Shown: in pieces, positions 16,328-26,329 of the stretch
Layout: each line of letters starts with the position of its first letter
How positions within the stretch are numbered: the stretch's first letter is position 1
IMG/VR virus record: IMGVR_UViG_3300032243_000118
Location: 1-29,090 of that record
Reading direction: 5' to 3' (one strand)
DNA length: 29,090 nucleotides
Source: a virus
Taxonomy: Duplodnaviria > Caudoviricetes
Made by a program: the position numbers and the translations under genes
The notes under the pieces: model-generated
Told to the model about the DNA's origin: nothing
Databases searched by the model: none
What the model saw: only the letters and a program-made list of their open reading frames with translations

Positions 16328-17554
16328 TTAGTAAGCTAGAACGCCTGTATTGAGCAAGCCATAAGTTGTGTCATTGAGAATGAACGGATAGAAAGCAATT
16401 GACGCAAAATAGTAAGTAACTTCATGCTGATCAATTTCGACTCTATGTTGAATACCAATAATGATTGCATTCTGTGAAATAACGCTTCCGACCTTGTTTG
16501 GTGTAAACCTGATTTTCGCAGTATCACCAATTTCCGCTTTAACTAACTTGGCAACTTCATCAGAATTCTTGTCATGCAAATTGATCGTAACTTCATTTAT
16601 GCGTAGTTCAGGTTGGTCATACAAACCAACTAAATATTGCGCTAGAAGTAATGCTTCTGCATCGCTTTGCATGAGAACACCTGAAATGTTTAACGCAGAG
16701 ACTCCATAAAGATTTTGAGATGCAACCGAATCTGAAGTTTGTGATGTTCCATTGAGTCGCTGAACTGACACTCGATTGTAAAAATTTTCTGATCCATAAA
16801 GAACGGCAATGTTTGTGTATTTGATTCCACCAGCAGTTGAATCATCTGCAAAGGTTATTTCAGTTGCGGAAGGAACGGTTACACGATTTTTAAAAGTGAT
16901 CGCGCCAGACCTGTTGATAAATAGCATTCCATTTTCTGAAGTTTCAACAAGTTGCAAATAGCCCAAAGCATTTTCATTATCTGGAATTACGTCAGCCTGT
17001 AAAGTTGTTAGTCCTGTTTGAATGGAACGATTAGCAATAGGCCAAGCAACTTCTGGTTTGCTTAAGATCGTGTTGATTCTTGTCGAAGATAATTCGATAC
17101 TATTTGAAGATACATTCAATTCAGCAGCAGCCAAAAGCATAAAACCATCTAGCGCAGAAACGCTTGCATAAGACTTACCTGAAAGGTCGTAGCTGAAATC
17201 CCAATCATCAATGTACCCGGTAAAGATTCGATTGCCATTAGTTTCAATTACTATTTGTTTTCTTGGCACAATGTTGCCGTAGTAGATACTGGCGGTGTTG
17301 AATGGATCAAAGATTCTAGAATCGTTATGTAGAACTACGTTCAAAGTTGCAGCGGTGTAGCGATCTAACTCGCGCGACTTTCCACGATTGATAGAAACCG
17401 AAGCAACGTATTTAGTAACATCGGTAAGAATGTTACCGCTTAAGACATAACTGGAATTAAGAAGTCCTTTAGTCGTGTCATTAAGCGTAAAAAAATTACC
17501 GCCTTGTGCAGATAAGTCAAAGGCAATAAAAACCTTAGTTTGTGGTACTGCCAT
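16328..17554 (-). CDS. Minor tail (tail-tip hub) protein
   Basis: Follows the tape measure gene; DVTKYVASVSINRGKSRELD, IFTGYIDDW. Confidence 0.85.
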   Translation of the reverse strand: MAVPQTKVFIAFDLSAQGGNFFTLNDTTKGLLNSSYVLSGNILTDVTKYVASVSINRGKSRELDRYTAATLNVVLHNDSRIFDPFNTASIYYGNIVPRKQIVIETNGNRIFTGYIDDWDFSYDLSGKSYASVSALDGFMLLAAAELNVSSNSIELSSTRINTILSKPEVAWPIANRSIQTGLTTLQADVIPDNENALGYLQLVETSENGMLFINRSGAITFKNRVTVPSATEITFADDSTAGGIKYTNIAVLYGSENFYNRVSVQRLNGTSQTSDSVASQNLYGVSALNISGVLMQSDAEALLLAQYLVGLYDQPELRINEVTINLHDKNSDEVAKLVKAEIGDTAKIRFTPNKVGSVISQNAIIIGIQHRVEIDQHEVTYYFASIAFYPFILNDTTYGLLNTGVLAY

Positions 17555-19839
17555 TACGCACTCAAAAAGACAGGGCCGCTAACGCGTTCATACTTCTTGA
17601 TTGCATCAACAATGTCACGCCCGATAGTTGTTCCGTTCGCACCCATGCCGGCATTGACCGTTAAGTTAATTGTTGCGCCATTTCCAGTTTTGCTTGGTGG
17701 CGCAACTACGGCTTGTGAATTTCCAATTATTTTGTTTAGTTCTGTTACTTGACCTGATGTTAATGAACCTTTATTTATTGCGCTTTGCAATGGTTTAGGT
17801 AGCGCAGCCATGCCACCAGAAATTATGAAGCCAGCCTTTTTAATGCTTGCAATAATTCCATCAACCATTGCTTGACCTTGTGTTACACCTGCTGAATAGA
17901 ACTTGTCCGCGCCTGACTTTGCCAAACCTTTAGCAGCATCTTCAACGCTCTTTGTTAAATCATTCGCAGTTTTAATTGCTCCTGCGCCACCGGCAATAAG
18001 TTCATTAGCGATTGCTGTTCCAGCATCTGATCCAGCAGCAATTACTTGATCTATGCCTGATTGAGAAAGACCCATTGCAATTAAAGTTTTTACTTTGCTT
18101 GCAAAGTTTGTAGCCGCATCTGCTTGTTCTTTCAAACTTTCCAAAAATGTTTTCTTGTTTGCAGTAGCATCTGCATTTTGTTTTTGTGCAGTTGTTAAAT
18201 CATCTAATGCTTTTCGTGTCTTATCAATATCGCCAGACCTTAGAGCATCAACGTAATTATTTTGAGCATCTGTTAAATTTTTAGCAGCATCTTTAGCATT
18301 TTTTTGACTATCTATAAATCCTGTTAAGGCATTGGTGAAAGAGAATTGACCAGTTATCGCACTAACAATGCCATCGTAATAATCTTTGAATGCTTGTTTA
18401 GCATCTTTTAATTTGTCACGCGCAGCAGTTAATTTATCGTTCATCTTTGTTAATGCAGCAGTTGCAAGTTTAGAAGCAGCAGAAACTACCTTAGCCATCT
18501 CTTTAGCAGCGGCAGCGGCAGCATCAGCGGCAGCCTTAGAAGCATCAGCAATTTTCTTTTGAGAAGCAGTTATTGAATCGGCAGAAGCCTTAGCTGCATT
18601 TTCAGCATCTTTTTGAGCCTTGAGATCATAATTAATTTTTGATCTTGGAATCAATCTATTGTTTTCTAAAGTATCGCTGGCGTGTCTGGCAGCAGTGCTA
18701 ATTTCATCCATTTTTATAACTACACGATTGGCAGCAGCTTCCATAGTTTGAAATCTGCTTGTTCCTGTTTTGCCAAGAATAACTACGTCATCTGTTGTGT
18801 TATTAGATTGAATCCCCATTTCAATCAATTTGCCGATTATAAGGCCAACACCAATTACCAATAAGCCAATGCCTGAACTTGCCAGCGCACCTTTAATTGA
18901 AACACCTAAAACTCTGAATGCACCTGCACCATAAAGAGCAGCAATTCTAAGAGTTGTTAAACCAGCAGTTATTGCAGCAATGATTGGTGGAGCAACTGCA
19001 AAAGCAACAATTGCAATTTTGATTCCTATTAACGCAAAGATAACTTCTTTAACGACTTTCGCCATTCCAGATAGACCGTTGATCGCATTAGCAATTTCTA
19101 TGCCCAATTGTTTGAATCCACCATTGGCAACACGTTCAATAGCAGGCATGACATTTTGTAAAAAGTAATCTACAAGATTTGTTAATACTGGAATTAACTT
19201 GCCGCCGATAGTTTCTTTAGCTTCAGAAAGTCTTTGCCCAAGAATTGCCATCTTGCCTTCAAAAGTTCCGGCTGCAACTTGAGCCTGACCACCAAATAAA
19301 GTAGTTAAGTATTCCTGAACTTTTGCAAAGTCTTTGGATTTTTTAATGTTCTGTGGAATGACAATGCCTAAACGCTGTAAGGCTGTAAATTGTCCGCCCT
19401 GTGCTTTGGCTAAGGCTATTGAAATACTTTCTAAATCTCTACCGCTTCCAGCAGAAACGTCTAAACCAAGTTTCAGTAATCCTTGAGCCTTTGAAACATC
19501 GCCAGTTGCCCGAACTAAAGTTTCTAATGCGGGGCGAAGTTTTGTATCTGCAACACCAGTTGCGAACTGTTGCGCTGTTATAAACTGTTCAACTGCCGCG
19601 GTTTGTGCTTTTGTTGCACCTGTTACGTTTTGCAAAGTCTTTGCAAGTTTTAGTTGCGCTCTTTGATCTTCAGCGGCAGCTTTGACAGAATCGTATCCAA
19701 ACTTTCCAACGGCAACACCTAATCCAGCAAAAGCAATAGTTGCTGTTTTGGCAGTTCCACTTAAACCCTTGAATGCACGTTGAGCCTTATTGATTCCAGC
19801 AGGATCAAACGTGGACAGAATAGGAACGATAATAGCCAT
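17554..19839 (-). CDS. Tape measure protein
   Basis: 761 aa, Ala-rich helical; hydrophobic middle segment; INLTVNAG C-terminus. Confidence 0.92.
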   Translation of the reverse strand: MAIIVPILSTFDPAGINKAQRAFKGLSGTAKTATIAFAGLGVAVGKFGYDSVKAAAEDQRAQLKLAKTLQNVTGATKAQTAAVEQFITAQQFATGVADTKLRPALETLVRATGDVSKAQGLLKLGLDVSAGSGRDLESISIALAKAQGGQFTALQRLGIVIPQNIKKSKDFAKVQEYLTTLFGGQAQVAAGTFEGKMAILGQRLSEAKETIGGKLIPVLTNLVDYFLQNVMPAIERVANGGFKQLGIEIANAINGLSGMAKVVKEVIFALIGIKIAIVAFAVAPPIIAAITAGLTTLRIAALYGAGAFRVLGVSIKGALASSGIGLLVIGVGLIIGKLIEMGIQSNNTTDDVVILGKTGTSRFQTMEAAANRVVIKMDEISTAARHASDTLENNRLIPRSKINYDLKAQKDAENAAKASADSITASQKKIADASKAAADAAAAAAKEMAKVVSAASKLATAALTKMNDKLTAARDKLKDAKQAFKDYYDGIVSAITGQFSFTNALTGFIDSQKNAKDAAKNLTDAQNNYVDALRSGDIDKTRKALDDLTTAQKQNADATANKKTFLESLKEQADAATNFASKVKTLIAMGLSQSGIDQVIAAGSDAGTAIANELIAGGAGAIKTANDLTKSVEDAAKGLAKSGADKFYSAGVTQGQAMVDGIIASIKKAGFIISGGMAALPKPLQSAINKGSLTSGQVTELNKIIGNSQAVVAPPSKTGNGATINLTVNAGMGANGTTIGRDIVDAIKKYERVSGPVFLSA

Positions 19840-19847
19840 GAAGCAAC

Positions 19848-20363
19848 CTATCCTTTAAGTTTTCGATTGTATTCTTGTTGCAGTTTCTTAATTGTACCGC
19901 GCACTACATTTTCAATTTGAGGTATTTCACGCAAGGCAGCAGGATAGACATACCTTGAAGCCTGACCAGATGAATTGAGTTTGCGAATCATTGCCTGTCC
20001 AGCGCGTGTCTTACCTTTGCGTTTTCTTCCTGCAATATCCGCAATTTGAAATGCGGCTGAACCTTGTGAGTTCTTACCTTGTGACCCGGCAACAATTGAA
20101 ACTAATGATGTGCCTTTGCGTTCTGCTTTTTTACTAAAGTTAGTTTTGACTGTCACCTTAACGCCAGCAGGTTTCCATGCGGTTCTGCCGTTGTGAACCA
20201 TTCCGCGCAATGGTGATTCAGTTGGAATGTTTTTCTTAACGGCATCAGCTACTGGCTTTGCGCCTGTTCTTAAATCTTTACGCGCACGTTTAACTAGATC
20301 GTTGTCTATTGTCTTAAGAGTTTTAACAACTTCAGCGATACCCGTAATCTTTACATCAAGCAT
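19848..20363 (-). CDS. HK97 gp10-like tail completion/neck protein
   Basis: Basic 171 aa; ITGIAEVVKTLK N-terminus; RYVYPA near the C-terminus. Confidence 0.7.
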   Translation of the reverse strand: MLDVKITGIAEVVKTLKTIDNDLVKRARKDLRTGAKPVADAVKKNIPTESPLRGMVHNGRTAWKPAGVKVTVKTNFSKKAERKGTSLVSIVAGSQGKNSQGSAAFQIADIAGRKRKGKTRAGQAMIRKLNSSGQASRYVYPAALREIPQIENVVRGTIKKLQQEYNRKLKG

Positions 20364-20763
20364 TATGTCCCCTGACTATTGCGCCAGCGCAGATACATTC
20401 CCAACGTATAAAGCATACGTTCAGATTCCTGCATTAAAACTGATGGAGCAATACCAGTTTCAACTGCAAGATAAGCCAAATACCAATGTTGGGATGAGTC
20501 ACCCAACCCGATTATTTTGGGTCTTGTTCACTCGCTTCGATTGTTTCAACGTCATCGCACCATTCTTCAAAACTTTTCTTAGTCTTGCCGAATCGATGTA
20601 GCCAATGCCATGCCAACCAAAGTAGATCAGTTATGCGAAAGTCTGATTCAAGCGATGCAACAGACTTGGTGAACTTGTCCTCAAAAGCAACAAGGTCACG
20701 AGCAGTTGCAGAAACTTCTTCAACGCTTTCGTCATTAAAAGTTACGCGCAGGTTTACTTTCAT
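20363..20763 (-). CDS. Tail assembly chaperone, -1 frameshift (GT) product, about 133 aa
   Basis: C CCA AAA at 20515..20521; -1 frame open for 50 codons (IIGLGD...LAVETGIAPSVL...SQGT) to TAA at 20363..20365. Confidence 0.85.
20512..20763 (-). CDS. Tail assembly chaperone (G)
   Basis: Follows the major tail gene; DLVAFE, LLWLAW, FEEWCD; ends DPK at the slippery site. Confidence 0.85.
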   Translation of the reverse strand: MKVNLRVTFNDESVEEVSATARDLVAFEDKFTKSVASLESDFRITDLLWLAWHWLHRFGKTKKSFEEWCDDVETIEASEQDPK

Positions 20764-20766
20764 TTG

Positions 20767-21174
20767 TTAGACCGTACCGCGTGTAACAGTTCCGCTTGTT
20801 GGCCAAGTAACGCTGAATGTTGCTAGATCGCCAACAGATGAAGCGTGTGGACTGTATGAGTTCACTAGGCATAATGCGGTATAACTTGGGTTTGTTGCAG
20901 ATACTGATGAAGAAGTTGGAACGATAACAACTGTTGCAAGCGTGTTGAACAATGGGAATAGAGTTGCATCAATAGATGATGCGCCAAAATCCTGCATGAA
21001 CTGAAGTGTTAATGAACCAGTCTTAAGTCCACCAATGCGTTCGCGGAAAGTTCCACCGAATGCAGTTGTTTCTAAATCATCGGATGATAAAGCCAATTCA
21101 ACTTGATTAAGTGAAGTCGAAAAGTTTGTGCCGTTAATGGTCACCTTGTAATCGGTAGCTGCGAATTTCGCCAT
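20767..21174 (-). CDS. Major tail tube protein
   Basis: DDLETTAFG...IGGLKTGSLTLQFMQD, VGDLATFSVTWP; AGGAG RBS. Confidence 0.88.
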   Translation of the reverse strand: MAKFAATDYKVTINGTNFSTSLNQVELALSSDDLETTAFGGTFRERIGGLKTGSLTLQFMQDFGASSIDATLFPLFNTLATVVIVPTSSSVSATNPSYTALCLVNSYSPHASSVGDLATFSVTWPTSGTVTRGTV

Positions 21175-21186
21175 GCTGTTTTGCTC

Positions 21187-21594
21187 CTAGTCTGCGTAGC
21201 AGAGAACTACGAACTCTGCCGATAAATAGTTTACCTCACCAACAATTAGTTCCCCGTAGTTACGCATATCCGTAACTCTTAGATCGAACGCTTTGCCAGC
21301 AAGAGTCTTATCTGATTCTATCGCTAGTTTGATACTGTTAGCCCCGGTACTTGAGCAGTAAGAATCTATTGCGCTTTGACCAGATCGTTCTGACACTTTG
21401 CCAACAATTACTTGAACGGCGAATGTGTAGGTTTGCATTCCTCTATGAAATGTTTCGTCATAGTTAAGTGATACCGGAAAGACAATTGCAACTGGTGGGT
21501 TTATGTTGTCTGGCTGATAATCAGAAACTCTTAAACCGTTGATAGTTGCAAGGTTAGTTTTGATTCCAATGCGTAGTTCTGAAATCGAAGCCAT
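21187..21594 (-). CDS. Tail terminator protein
   Basis: Between adaptor and major tail genes; PDNINPP, SIKLAIESDKTLAG. Confidence 0.75.
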   Translation of the reverse strand: MASISELRIGIKTNLATINGLRVSDYQPDNINPPVAIVFPVSLNYDETFHRGMQTYTFAVQVIVGKVSERSGQSAIDSYCSSTGANSIKLAIESDKTLAGKAFDLRVTDMRNYGELIVGEVNYLSAEFVVLCYAD

Positions 21595-22199
21595 TAGACC
21601 AAGTTACGCATTCTGCGATACGGAGCAACAAGTTGCTCAACGTCTGGATCAAGATAACGACTAACTCGCATTGCGCCCATGTCACCAAATCCAGCTATGC
21701 CCAATGGACTATCTAAACGCTTAAAGATTCTGCTTGCCTGAATGACGCAGGCTTGAGTAATTGAAGTTGGAACGGCAGGCCAACCAAATACTCCAGTTAC
21801 CTTAACCAAAGCATCACCGCCTTGAATTGGGAACAGATAGTTTTGAACTGCACGAATGCGTGTATAGGGAACAACTAAGCCATCAACAACACCGTTAGTT
21901 GGTTCTAGCTGGTAGTCACCAACTGCCCATGTAACGTCAAAGTTTCTTTGTGCATTAGATGAACTTTGAAGCGTTAGCGCAGTTCCAGCAAGATCATCAA
22001 TTTCACAAACAAAAGATTCATCTGCGGTGAAGTAGCGTGTAGCAGTTCCCGATGAATAGAAGTATCGCCCGGCATGACCATCAATAGCGCGAGAAGCAGA
22101 TTCAACCGCCATTTCTAATAACGAATCATCAACGCTATCTTGAATGCGAGCTGCTGCCTTGATTTGGGCAAGTGTGCAATAGCCATTTGTAATTGCCAA
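21594..22199 (-). CDS. Head-to-tail adaptor (gp6-like)
   Basis: YCTLAQIK, ESASRAIDG, GWPAVP, DPDVEQLVAPYRR; TTG start after TAGGAG. Confidence 0.88.
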   Translation of the reverse strand: MAITNGYCTLAQIKAAARIQDSVDDSLLEMAVESASRAIDGHAGRYFYSSGTATRYFTADESFVCEIDDLAGTALTLQSSSNAQRNFDVTWAVGDYQLEPTNGVVDGLVVPYTRIRAVQNYLFPIQGGDALVKVTGVFGWPAVPTSITQACVIQASRIFKRLDSPLGIAGFGDMGAMRVSRYLDPDVEQLVAPYRRMRNLV

Positions 22200-22247
22200 A
22201 GTAACTCCTAAGTCTTGTTTATTCTACCAAGCCAAAAGATAGATAAC

Positions 22248-22955
22248 TCACAAACCTAGTTCTGATCTGACTTGTTGTATGTGCGCTTTGCCAATTGAAT
22301 CATGCTCTGATGGTCTGCCTATTCCACTCATTGTTACTCTGCCGTATCCAATGTCATAAATACATCGAATAGTTGTAGCGTGAAATGGTTTTGCTCCAGC
22401 TGCCACGCAACGAATGTAAAGTTCCCAATCATCAAAAATCGCGCCTTTAGTATGTCCACCAGTTCGTTGAAATAACTCACGTTTGATCGGAGCGGAACCT
22501 GGGCAGGTCATTTGGCTAGGTATCAATTCAGGAATCCATCGGCCTTCCATAATTGATCCATCATGCTTGAACTGCAACTTGTCAATGTAAATGTCGCAAC
22601 CTTCTGCATCTGCTTGATCTAGTTCATCAAATGCACCGGGCAGATAACAATCATCAACACCAATAAGTGAGAACCAATCGGCAGTTTGTTCTGTTTGGAT
22701 TTTAAGCATGAAGTCTGCAAACTCGCCTTGCATCTCAATAATCTTTGTGATCTTTTTATACTCTTGTGGAATTGTTGAATGCACTAATTCTTTATTTTGT
22801 GAATCGTGCGCAAAAACTATTGAATCTGGTTGTCTTTTGAGTGATTGAACACCTGTCCAATAGGTAGGTAAAAACTCACTATAAGTTGTACCAAATAAAC
22901 AAACACCTAACCCAAGTGTTAATGAATCCTTTTTTATTTTTGAACCAATCGCCAA
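22248..22955 (-). CDS. Glycosyltransferase, GT-A fold (GT2-like)
   Basis: GVDDCY DxD-like motif; IKRELFQRTGG and FDDWELYIR; start uncertain. Confidence 0.75.
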   Translation of the reverse strand: MAIGSKIKKDSLTLGLGVCLFGTTYSEFLPTYWTGVQSLKRQPDSIVFAHDSQNKELVHSTIPQEYKKITKIIEMQGEFADFMLKIQTEQTADWFSLIGVDDCYLPGAFDELDQADAEGCDIYIDKLQFKHDGSIMEGRWIPELIPSQMTCPGSAPIKRELFQRTGGHTKGAIFDDWELYIRCVAAGAKPFHATTIRCIYDIGYGRVTMSGIGRPSEHDSIGKAHIQQVRSELGL

Positions 22956-23749
22956 AATGTATCCCCTGCATTATCAATCATGTGTCTTAAGTGGTCTTTG
23001 TCTTGCCAATCTTCAATGCTGGTAAGTCCTACGTTCTCGTTCGTATGAATTCTGCAACCTGACAATACGGCTTCCATAACTGCACGACATTCAGATTCAA
23101 ACGCTAAAGGTAAGTGAACAAACCATTCACACCTTGCCATTGCATCTAAGACTTCATCTCGCGGTACGTTGCTAAGTGCTTTAAATTTGTAACCGCCTTG
23201 CGCTGCCCAAATCTCTGCTTTGAGTTTTCCCTTGAGTGGATGACTACGCGCTGCCCATAATGCAAACGGTTGTTTGTCCATATGGTCATAACATTTTGAA
23301 GTATCGAAGTAGCTTAGAACTTGCGCGGCCTTTCGTGGTTTAGTCCATGCAAGTTCCCTGCGCAGATGTGCCGGCGTATGCGTTACGAATAAGCGACTGC
23401 TACGAATCAATGTGTTTAGTCCTGCGCGTGGTGTTTGTAAGTGATGCACAAAGACAAACGGCTCATGCTTGCTAATCTCGTTCAGCTGCTGATCCGTAAA
23501 CAAATCCGTTCCAGTTACAACAACAGAATCGAACTGGTGTATGTCATGTGTATCAAAAGTTTCTGGCGTGACGATTTGTATATCAAAACCTAGCGGTGCT
23601 TGAAGTCGGTATTCGTAGTCAGACATTTCCGCCCCACCTGCAAACCTGCCAGAGAACAGTCCATTGAGTGCCGATTCCTGCCCCGTAGAAGCATTGTAAG
23701 CCACGTTCGACACGTTCTCTATGTGATGGGTGTACCAACCTATTTTCAC
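22934..23749 (-). CDS. Glycosyltransferase, GT-B fold (GT4-like, compact)
   Basis: GGAE, R-x-HPLKG, and ESECRAVMEAVLSGC (EX7E). Confidence 0.8.
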   Translation of the reverse strand: MKIGWYTHHIENVSNVAYNASTGQESALNGLFSGRFAGGAEMSDYEYRLQAPLGFDIQIVTPETFDTHDIHQFDSVVVTGTDLFTDQQLNEISKHEPFVFVHHLQTPRAGLNTLIRSSRLFVTHTPAHLRRELAWTKPRKAAQVLSYFDTSKCYDHMDKQPFALWAARSHPLKGKLKAEIWAAQGGYKFKALSNVPRDEVLDAMARCEWFVHLPLAFESECRAVMEAVLSGCRIHTNENVGLTSIEDWQDKDHLRHMIDNAGDTFWRLVQK

Positions 23750-24927
23750 GCCGTAGGCCGTTCTGTACCTTTAGCCCCTATAACCTCTATTGCAGGTTTC
23801 CAGTATGCGTTAAACACTATGTCTGCGCTATACGCCTTTGCAAAATCTTGCGCCTTTTGTGAGCGACCTCTGCCACGCTGATACGCCTGTTCCAGCGCAT
23901 CGACAATGCCGGGAACGCTAGGCATATGAAACCACGCTGATTGCGGCGCATCCCATAAAGGCTGACCATCAACTAGCCAACCATCGCCAACGAGTTCTGT
24001 CGAAGCTGCAAAGTCTGAAACGATTACTGGAGTTCCGCAGGCTTGCGCTTCTACCGTTGGAACTCCAAAGCCTTCGCCGTAGCTAGTGGCAAGTAAAACA
24101 TCCATTGCCGTATAAAGAGTTGCTAAAGTCGATTGATCTATTCCTGTTCTAAGTAGATATGGATCAACGAACGAATACTGGTGTTCTTTGATTCCACAAG
24201 ATAAGATCAGTTCTTGAAGTTTGATTCCACCCAATGAACCACTTGCGTCTGTGTGCAGATAAAGAACAACGTCATCGTGCATCTGCGCAAAGATACTAAA
24301 CGCTAGAATGTTCTCACCAAAAGCCTTGCGGTTAGGTGACACGCCTTTGTTAGCCGCGTTCATTCCAACAATAAATACATCATCACTAGCACCAATGAAA
24401 TCTCTGCCAGTAACTCCCTTATGTCGCTTCATGGGTTTGAATGCAGAATCAATAGCGTGTGGAATGTATAACGCTTCAATTCCTACGTTCTCTAACATTG
24501 CTTGCCCGTACTGACTCATGGCAATTGGAGTTACAAATTCTTGTCTGCACCATGAAGCAACTGCTGGCGGTGCTGGAATGTGATCAACTGGAACCCAACT
24601 AGCAACGTTCCAATCTGACCATCGTTTGCCTTTAAGAACCCAAACGTCATAAAGCGTAAACAAGATGTGATTCTGATTTTTATTATGTTCTGTCCAATTA
24701 AACATATGAGCAGGAATAACGTCATTGGAATACATATCTGCACCGCGCTGATAAATCGGGATTCCGTTCCAGTCGCTGTTGCTTCCCTCTAGACCGTAGT
24801 TGTTAAAGACTGCAACATTGTGACCCATTGCTTTCATACGGCTAGTGACTTGAGCAGTTGCTACGCCATAACCCGTATTAGCCCACGGTGCGTTTGATAC
24901 CCAACCAATACATAAAGAATCCTGCAC
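23746..24927 (-). CDS. Glycosyltransferase, GT-B fold (GT4)
   Basis: TGYG, RKAF, EGFGVPTVEAQACGTPVI (EX7E). Confidence 0.93.
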   Translation of the reverse strand: MQDSLCIGWVSNAPWANTGYGVATAQVTSRMKAMGHNVAVFNNYGLEGSNSDWNGIPIYQRGADMYSNDVIPAHMFNWTEHNKNQNHILFTLYDVWVLKGKRWSDWNVASWVPVDHIPAPPAVASWCRQEFVTPIAMSQYGQAMLENVGIEALYIPHAIDSAFKPMKRHKGVTGRDFIGASDDVFIVGMNAANKGVSPNRKAFGENILAFSIFAQMHDDVVLYLHTDASGSLGGIKLQELILSCGIKEHQYSFVDPYLLRTGIDQSTLATLYTAMDVLLATSYGEGFGVPTVEAQACGTPVIVSDFAASTELVGDGWLVDGQPLWDAPQSAWFHMPSVPGIVDALEQAYQRGRGRSQKAQDFAKAYSADIVFNAYWKPAIEVIGAKGTERPTA

Positions 24928-24980
24928 AGATAATCCTTTGTTCGCAGTTAGTAGAAACTTATCTTAAAACCTACCTAAAC

Positions 24981-25022
24981 AAAAGCAGAACCCCACCAAG
25001 CCTGCGCTCCCGGTGGGGTTCT
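24981..25022 (-). terminator. Intrinsic terminator after the capsid gene
   Basis: AGAACCCCACC/GGTGGGGTTCT stem at 24987..25022, followed by a U-tract on the minus strand. Confidence 0.85.
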
Positions 25023-25040
25023 ACGTTTAGTGTTTCCGAA

Positions 25041-26225
25041 TTAGGAAGCAGCTCCAGCGAAATACTTAACGTGTGACGTTTGTGGCAAGTTGCCATCCAC
25101 GCGGAAAGTAGCTCTGAAGGTGATTAGGTCATTCTGGAATGCGTAATCATCTGAACGATCCAAACGAATGCCACCAACAGAACGAACATAGTAGCTAGGT
25201 AGGTGTCCGAAGATAACCGACTTTGCACTTGTTGCTGCGTTTGCCATTGCTGGGTTTTCGTAGATTGGGTAACCAAGAAGCAAGTCACGAGCTTCAGCGG
25301 TTAGTGATGGGCTGAACAGGTAGTTGCCAACGCTGTCCTTCAATTTACGAACGCGACCAATGGTTTGTCCGTTCATCTGCCAACCAGTTCCCGGCATTGT
25401 GCGACCTGCAACATCGACAGAGTAAACCAAGTCGATTAGGTTGTCTGCGGTGAACACACCAGCAACACCAGTTCCACCGGTGATGCCTGAACCTGCTGCG
25501 GTTACGATGCCTGTTGGCTGTACCGTTCCAGTTCCAGTTGTTAGTGCGGTATTGACTGCATAGCCAAGTGAGTTACCAACCTGTGATGCAAGGAATCCAA
25601 GAATGTCCACGCCTGCATCAGAAACCATTTCGCGGCTGATCTGTGTTAGGAATGAATACTTGTAAGCACTCAAAGTAGTAAAGCTATTGAAAGCCATGTC
25701 AGACTCACCAATTAGTGCTGCTTCACTAGTTACAGTTCCAACGGAACGAGATGCAAGTGAAGGAATCTGCAAGTTCTCGCCGCCAGTGGTATTGATTGTT
25801 GTTGAAGTTTCCAACATTGGGCCTACATAACGTGCAATTTCAATTACGTTGTTGTAAAAACTGGTAGGTACGGGTGCGCCAGTATTCGACTTTAGAATGT
25901 CGCGCTTTTCAAATGAAAGTGAACGAACATCACCAAGAGCAAGCGAACGAATCATTTCTGCTTCGTCTGTGCCACGAGTTTCCGTGTTTGCCTGTGCTTC
26001 AAATCCAGCCATTGCTTCAGCGGCGCGAGTTTCGCGTTCTACTGATGCCTTGATGGTGTCGATTGTTGCAGCACGCTGATCAAGATCAGACATGATGCGA
26101 TCATAAGTTTGATTTTCTTCTGCGGATAGATCGCGCTTTTCAGCTGCTGCTGAGTCAAGAAGAGCCTTTGCTTCTTCCCAAGCCTTTGCACGAGCTTCCA
26201 CTTGCTGACGAATGTAGTCAGACAT
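25041..26225 (-). CDS. Major capsid protein, HK97 family with delta domain
   Basis: Coiled-coil N-terminus; GTGTVQPTGI, LKDSVGNYLF, LLGYPIYEN, IFGHL, RVDG; TAGGAG RBS. Confidence 0.96.
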   Translation of the reverse strand: MSDYIRQQVEARAKAWEEAKALLDSAAAEKRDLSAEENQTYDRIMSDLDQRAATIDTIKASVERETRAAEAMAGFEAQANTETRGTDEAEMIRSLALGDVRSLSFEKRDILKSNTGAPVPTSFYNNVIEIARYVGPMLETSTTINTTGGENLQIPSLASRSVGTVTSEAALIGESDMAFNSFTTLSAYKYSFLTQISREMVSDAGVDILGFLASQVGNSLGYAVNTALTTGTGTVQPTGIVTAAGSGITGGTGVAGVFTADNLIDLVYSVDVAGRTMPGTGWQMNGQTIGRVRKLKDSVGNYLFSPSLTAEARDLLLGYPIYENPAMANAATSAKSVIFGHLPSYYVRSVGGIRLDRSDDYAFQNDLITFRATFRVDGNLPQTSHVKYFAGAAS

Positions 26226-26266
26226 AGTTACTCCTAAAGTGTTTGATTGGATTGGACTTACATTTT

Positions 26267-26307
26267 CTGCGTGGCTCCACGACAGTTGCGCAATAGCGGC
26301 TCCGCAT
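26267..26307 (-). promoter_or_regulatory. Twin GAGC-loop hairpins in the capsid 5' leader
   Basis: GCG-GAGC-CGC (26296..26305) and CGTG-GAGC-CACG (26270..26281) flank the palindrome TTGCGCAA (26286..26293). Confidence 0.55.
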
Positions 26308-26329
26308 AATGCTTATCTAATTATGTCAC

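Noticed and set aside
222-17554. Diversity-generating retroelement or invertible fibre switch
   Set aside because: No reverse transcriptase, invertase or TR/VR-like nucleotide repeat pair was seen.
18470-18610. GCN-rich low-complexity tract in the tape measure gene
   Set aside because: It is an ordinary Ala/Lys-rich helical segment of a tape measure protein.
24940-25010. Capsid terminator loop (AGCGCAGG) pairing with CUGCG upstream of the first glycosyltransferase
   Set aside because: Only 5 bp, which is expected by chance. Worth revisiting only if covariation appears in relatives.
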